From Hormiphora californensis (Eukaryota > Animalia > Ctenophora): DNA of 64,000 nt. Below, piece after piece: positions 62,193 through 64,000 of the stretch (position 1 is the first letter of the stretch; every line of letters begins with the position of its first letter). Below the pieces are notes generated by a model. It had not been told where the DNA came from. It did no database searches and worked only from the letters and a program-made list of their open reading frames with translations. The stretch is taken from assembly GCA_020137815.1 (NCBI GenBank), contig CM035361.1, positions 5,084,001 to 5,148,000 on the forward strand. The letters are read 5' to 3'. A program made the position numbers and the translations under genes.

Positions 62193-63196
62193 GATCTCTC
62201 CCTACCTCCCACCCCCTCCGCCCCGCCCCCTCCACCCCCGCCCCACCTCCCCCACCCCTGCCCTTCCCAATTTAGGGCACTTTGTTACACAGGCCACTAC
62301 AGCGACAATCCTTGTGTTTTGGTGCACTAAGTCGCTTATCGCGTGTAACAGTTATCAATGGTCTTATCTATATTATCCGACTTGTCTTCTAGAACATTTT
62401 ACACTCTACGTTGGTACTGCCCCACGCCTTATTTGTGTTTGATCGTCTTTTATCTTTACCTGTAATTGAAAGGAATACACCTCTCACCTCATCACCAACA
62501 ACATCACGGTATCAATCATACATCAAATACTGTAAGTTCATCTGTCTGTATTGACTGTTCATTCTCCAAACGGCCCCACCCGGCCAGTCTGAAGAGAGTC
62601 CTCATCCCGAAGACAGTTCTCACAATGCTGATACCCAAGTAGACACCGAGCCGATTGCAAATATCAGACCAGTTGGTCGGTTTGTGCCGGAAGAGATCGC
62701 CAAACTGATCCTGGAAAAGATCAAACCCCCTGATCTCCAAGTTCTGAGTTCTGCATGTGGAATCTCGAACAAGTCAGCCGCTTCAAGCATTAAAGTTCTG
62801 ATATCCACCAAATTCCAGTCGATATACGATGGAAAATATCTATTTATCCTTTGAGGTGATCATATTGATTCTCATTGTAACGTTGAGCATTCTCAACCAA
62901 CTGGTAGGTTATGGATACTAATCAAGTAATACCTTCCACCTTCGTTGAGCTGCGTGAGCTTACTCAACCCCACCGAATCTGCTTTACCCAGTCAGTGGGT
63001 AATACCCACCGAATCGTTGAGTACTCTCAACATCCCGTTAGGATATGGATTCCATTACGGCAATCCAATCCAATATTGATATCTTTAAAACAACCCTAGT
63101 TGAGCATACTCAACCCCAGCACTGTTTTCTTGAAAGTCCAGGGTTGCTAGAACCAAGAATTACCTCACGAACTCTCTCATTTTTTATGTGTGTCAT

Positions 63197-64000
63197 ACTT
63201 ACTTACTTGATACTTGGAACGGTCTCCTCAATCATTCGAGTGGCCGGCTTCCGGTATCCTCACTCTTAGCGTCGTAAGCTGTCGCCATTCGTTACGGTTC
63301 ATTGCAGTCGTAGTAATTGTACGGATAGACTGGGATTTTCCTGTAGCGTCTCGATAATCATTTAACACACAGGAGGACCAAGTTTTTCGTGGTCTTCCTC
63401 TGGATCGTTTTCCATGACTAGGCACCCAATGATAAAGTCTGTTGGGAACCCTATCCTCAGGCATTCTAATCATGTGCCCAAACCATCGGAGTCTCCCATT
63501 GCCAATGAACGCAGATAATGGTTCTATCCCAGCTCTCTCCAATACCTCCCTGTTAGACACCCGCTTATACCATTGTATTCTCAGGATTCTCCGCAGGCAC
63601 CGTTGGTGGAATGCCTCCACGCGGCGATCTTGCACCTGGGTTGTTGTCCAGGCCTCACAACCATAGAGAAGCACCGTCAGAACAGCAGCTCTGTATATCC
63701 TGATCTTGGTACAGGTCCTGATGTTACGGTTGTACCAGATCCGACAAAGCATACTGAATGCACTGTAAGCTTTCCCTATCCTGATACCCAGCTCCTTGTC
63801 GATGGTACCATCAGAGGACAAAGCCGATCCGAGATAGGTAAAACTGGAAACCTGCTCAACCGGATTACCCTCCACAGAAATGCTGACCGTATCCGCCTCG
63901 GAAAATGGGCGCTGGCTAAGACCCTTTGAAAAAGCTACAACTTTGGTCTTCTTCGCGTTAATCTTCAAGCCAGCATACCCTGCGTATTTTACCAGCAAAT
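63197..64000 (-). mobile_element. 3' end of an RTE-clade non-LTR retrotransposon
   Basis: RT C-terminal ORF followed by a very short 3' UTR and an (AAGT)n tail at 63197-63208. Confidence 0.85.
63228..63998 (-). CDS. LINE ORF2 reverse transcriptase, C-terminal part
   Basis: GLKINAKKTK, FTYLGS, RIGKA, LLYGCEAW, CLRRILRIQW, RLRWFGH and GKRSRGRPRKTW motifs. Confidence 0.92.
   Translation of the reverse strand: MLVKYAGYAGLKINAKKTKVVAFSKGLSQRPFSEADTVSISVEGNPVEQVSSFTYLGSALSSDGTIDKELGIRIGKAYSAFSMLCRIWYNRNIRTCTKIRIYRAAVLTVLLYGCEAWTTTQVQDRRVEAFHQRCLRRILRIQWYKRVSNREVLERAGIEPLSAFIGNGRLRWFGHMIRMPEDRVPNRLYHWVPSHGKRSRGRPRKTWSSCVLNDYRDATGKSQSIRTITTTAMNRNEWRQLTTLRVRIPEAGHSND

Noticed and set aside
62516-62811. 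Two overlapping minus-strand ORFs that might be a frameshifted gene
   Set aside because: No motif recognised.

Overview
Eukaryotic (animal, probably invertebrate) genomic DNA with short GT-AG introns, many (AG)n/(CAAA)n microsatellites and several noisy, apparently unpolished stretches (about 2.3-3.9 kb, 15.5-16.1 kb, 24.4-24.9 kb, 50.7-55.8 kb, 57.2-59.1 kb). Two multi-exon minus-strand genes can be threaded by eye. (1) The 5' part of an ABCC/MRP transporter (57-9491), interrupted by a Polinton/adintovirus-like capsid module. (2) A ~22 kb gene (15010-36968) whose exons join in compatible phases from an N-terminal FoxM-like forkhead domain, through a long Q/T/P-rich region, to BCOR-type ankyrin repeats and a PUFD-like C-terminus. 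This apparent forkhead-BCOR chimera is the most interesting item. The rest is dense with non-autonomous transposons, many of them near-perfect 0.2-1.5 kb palindromes (TTAA/Kolobok-like, TA-flanked and others), plus hAT, Merlin-like and Helentron-like elements, a solo LTR nested in a palindrome, an RTE-type LINE 3' end and two minimal hammerhead-ribozyme motifs. All family assignments come from recalled motifs, not database searches.
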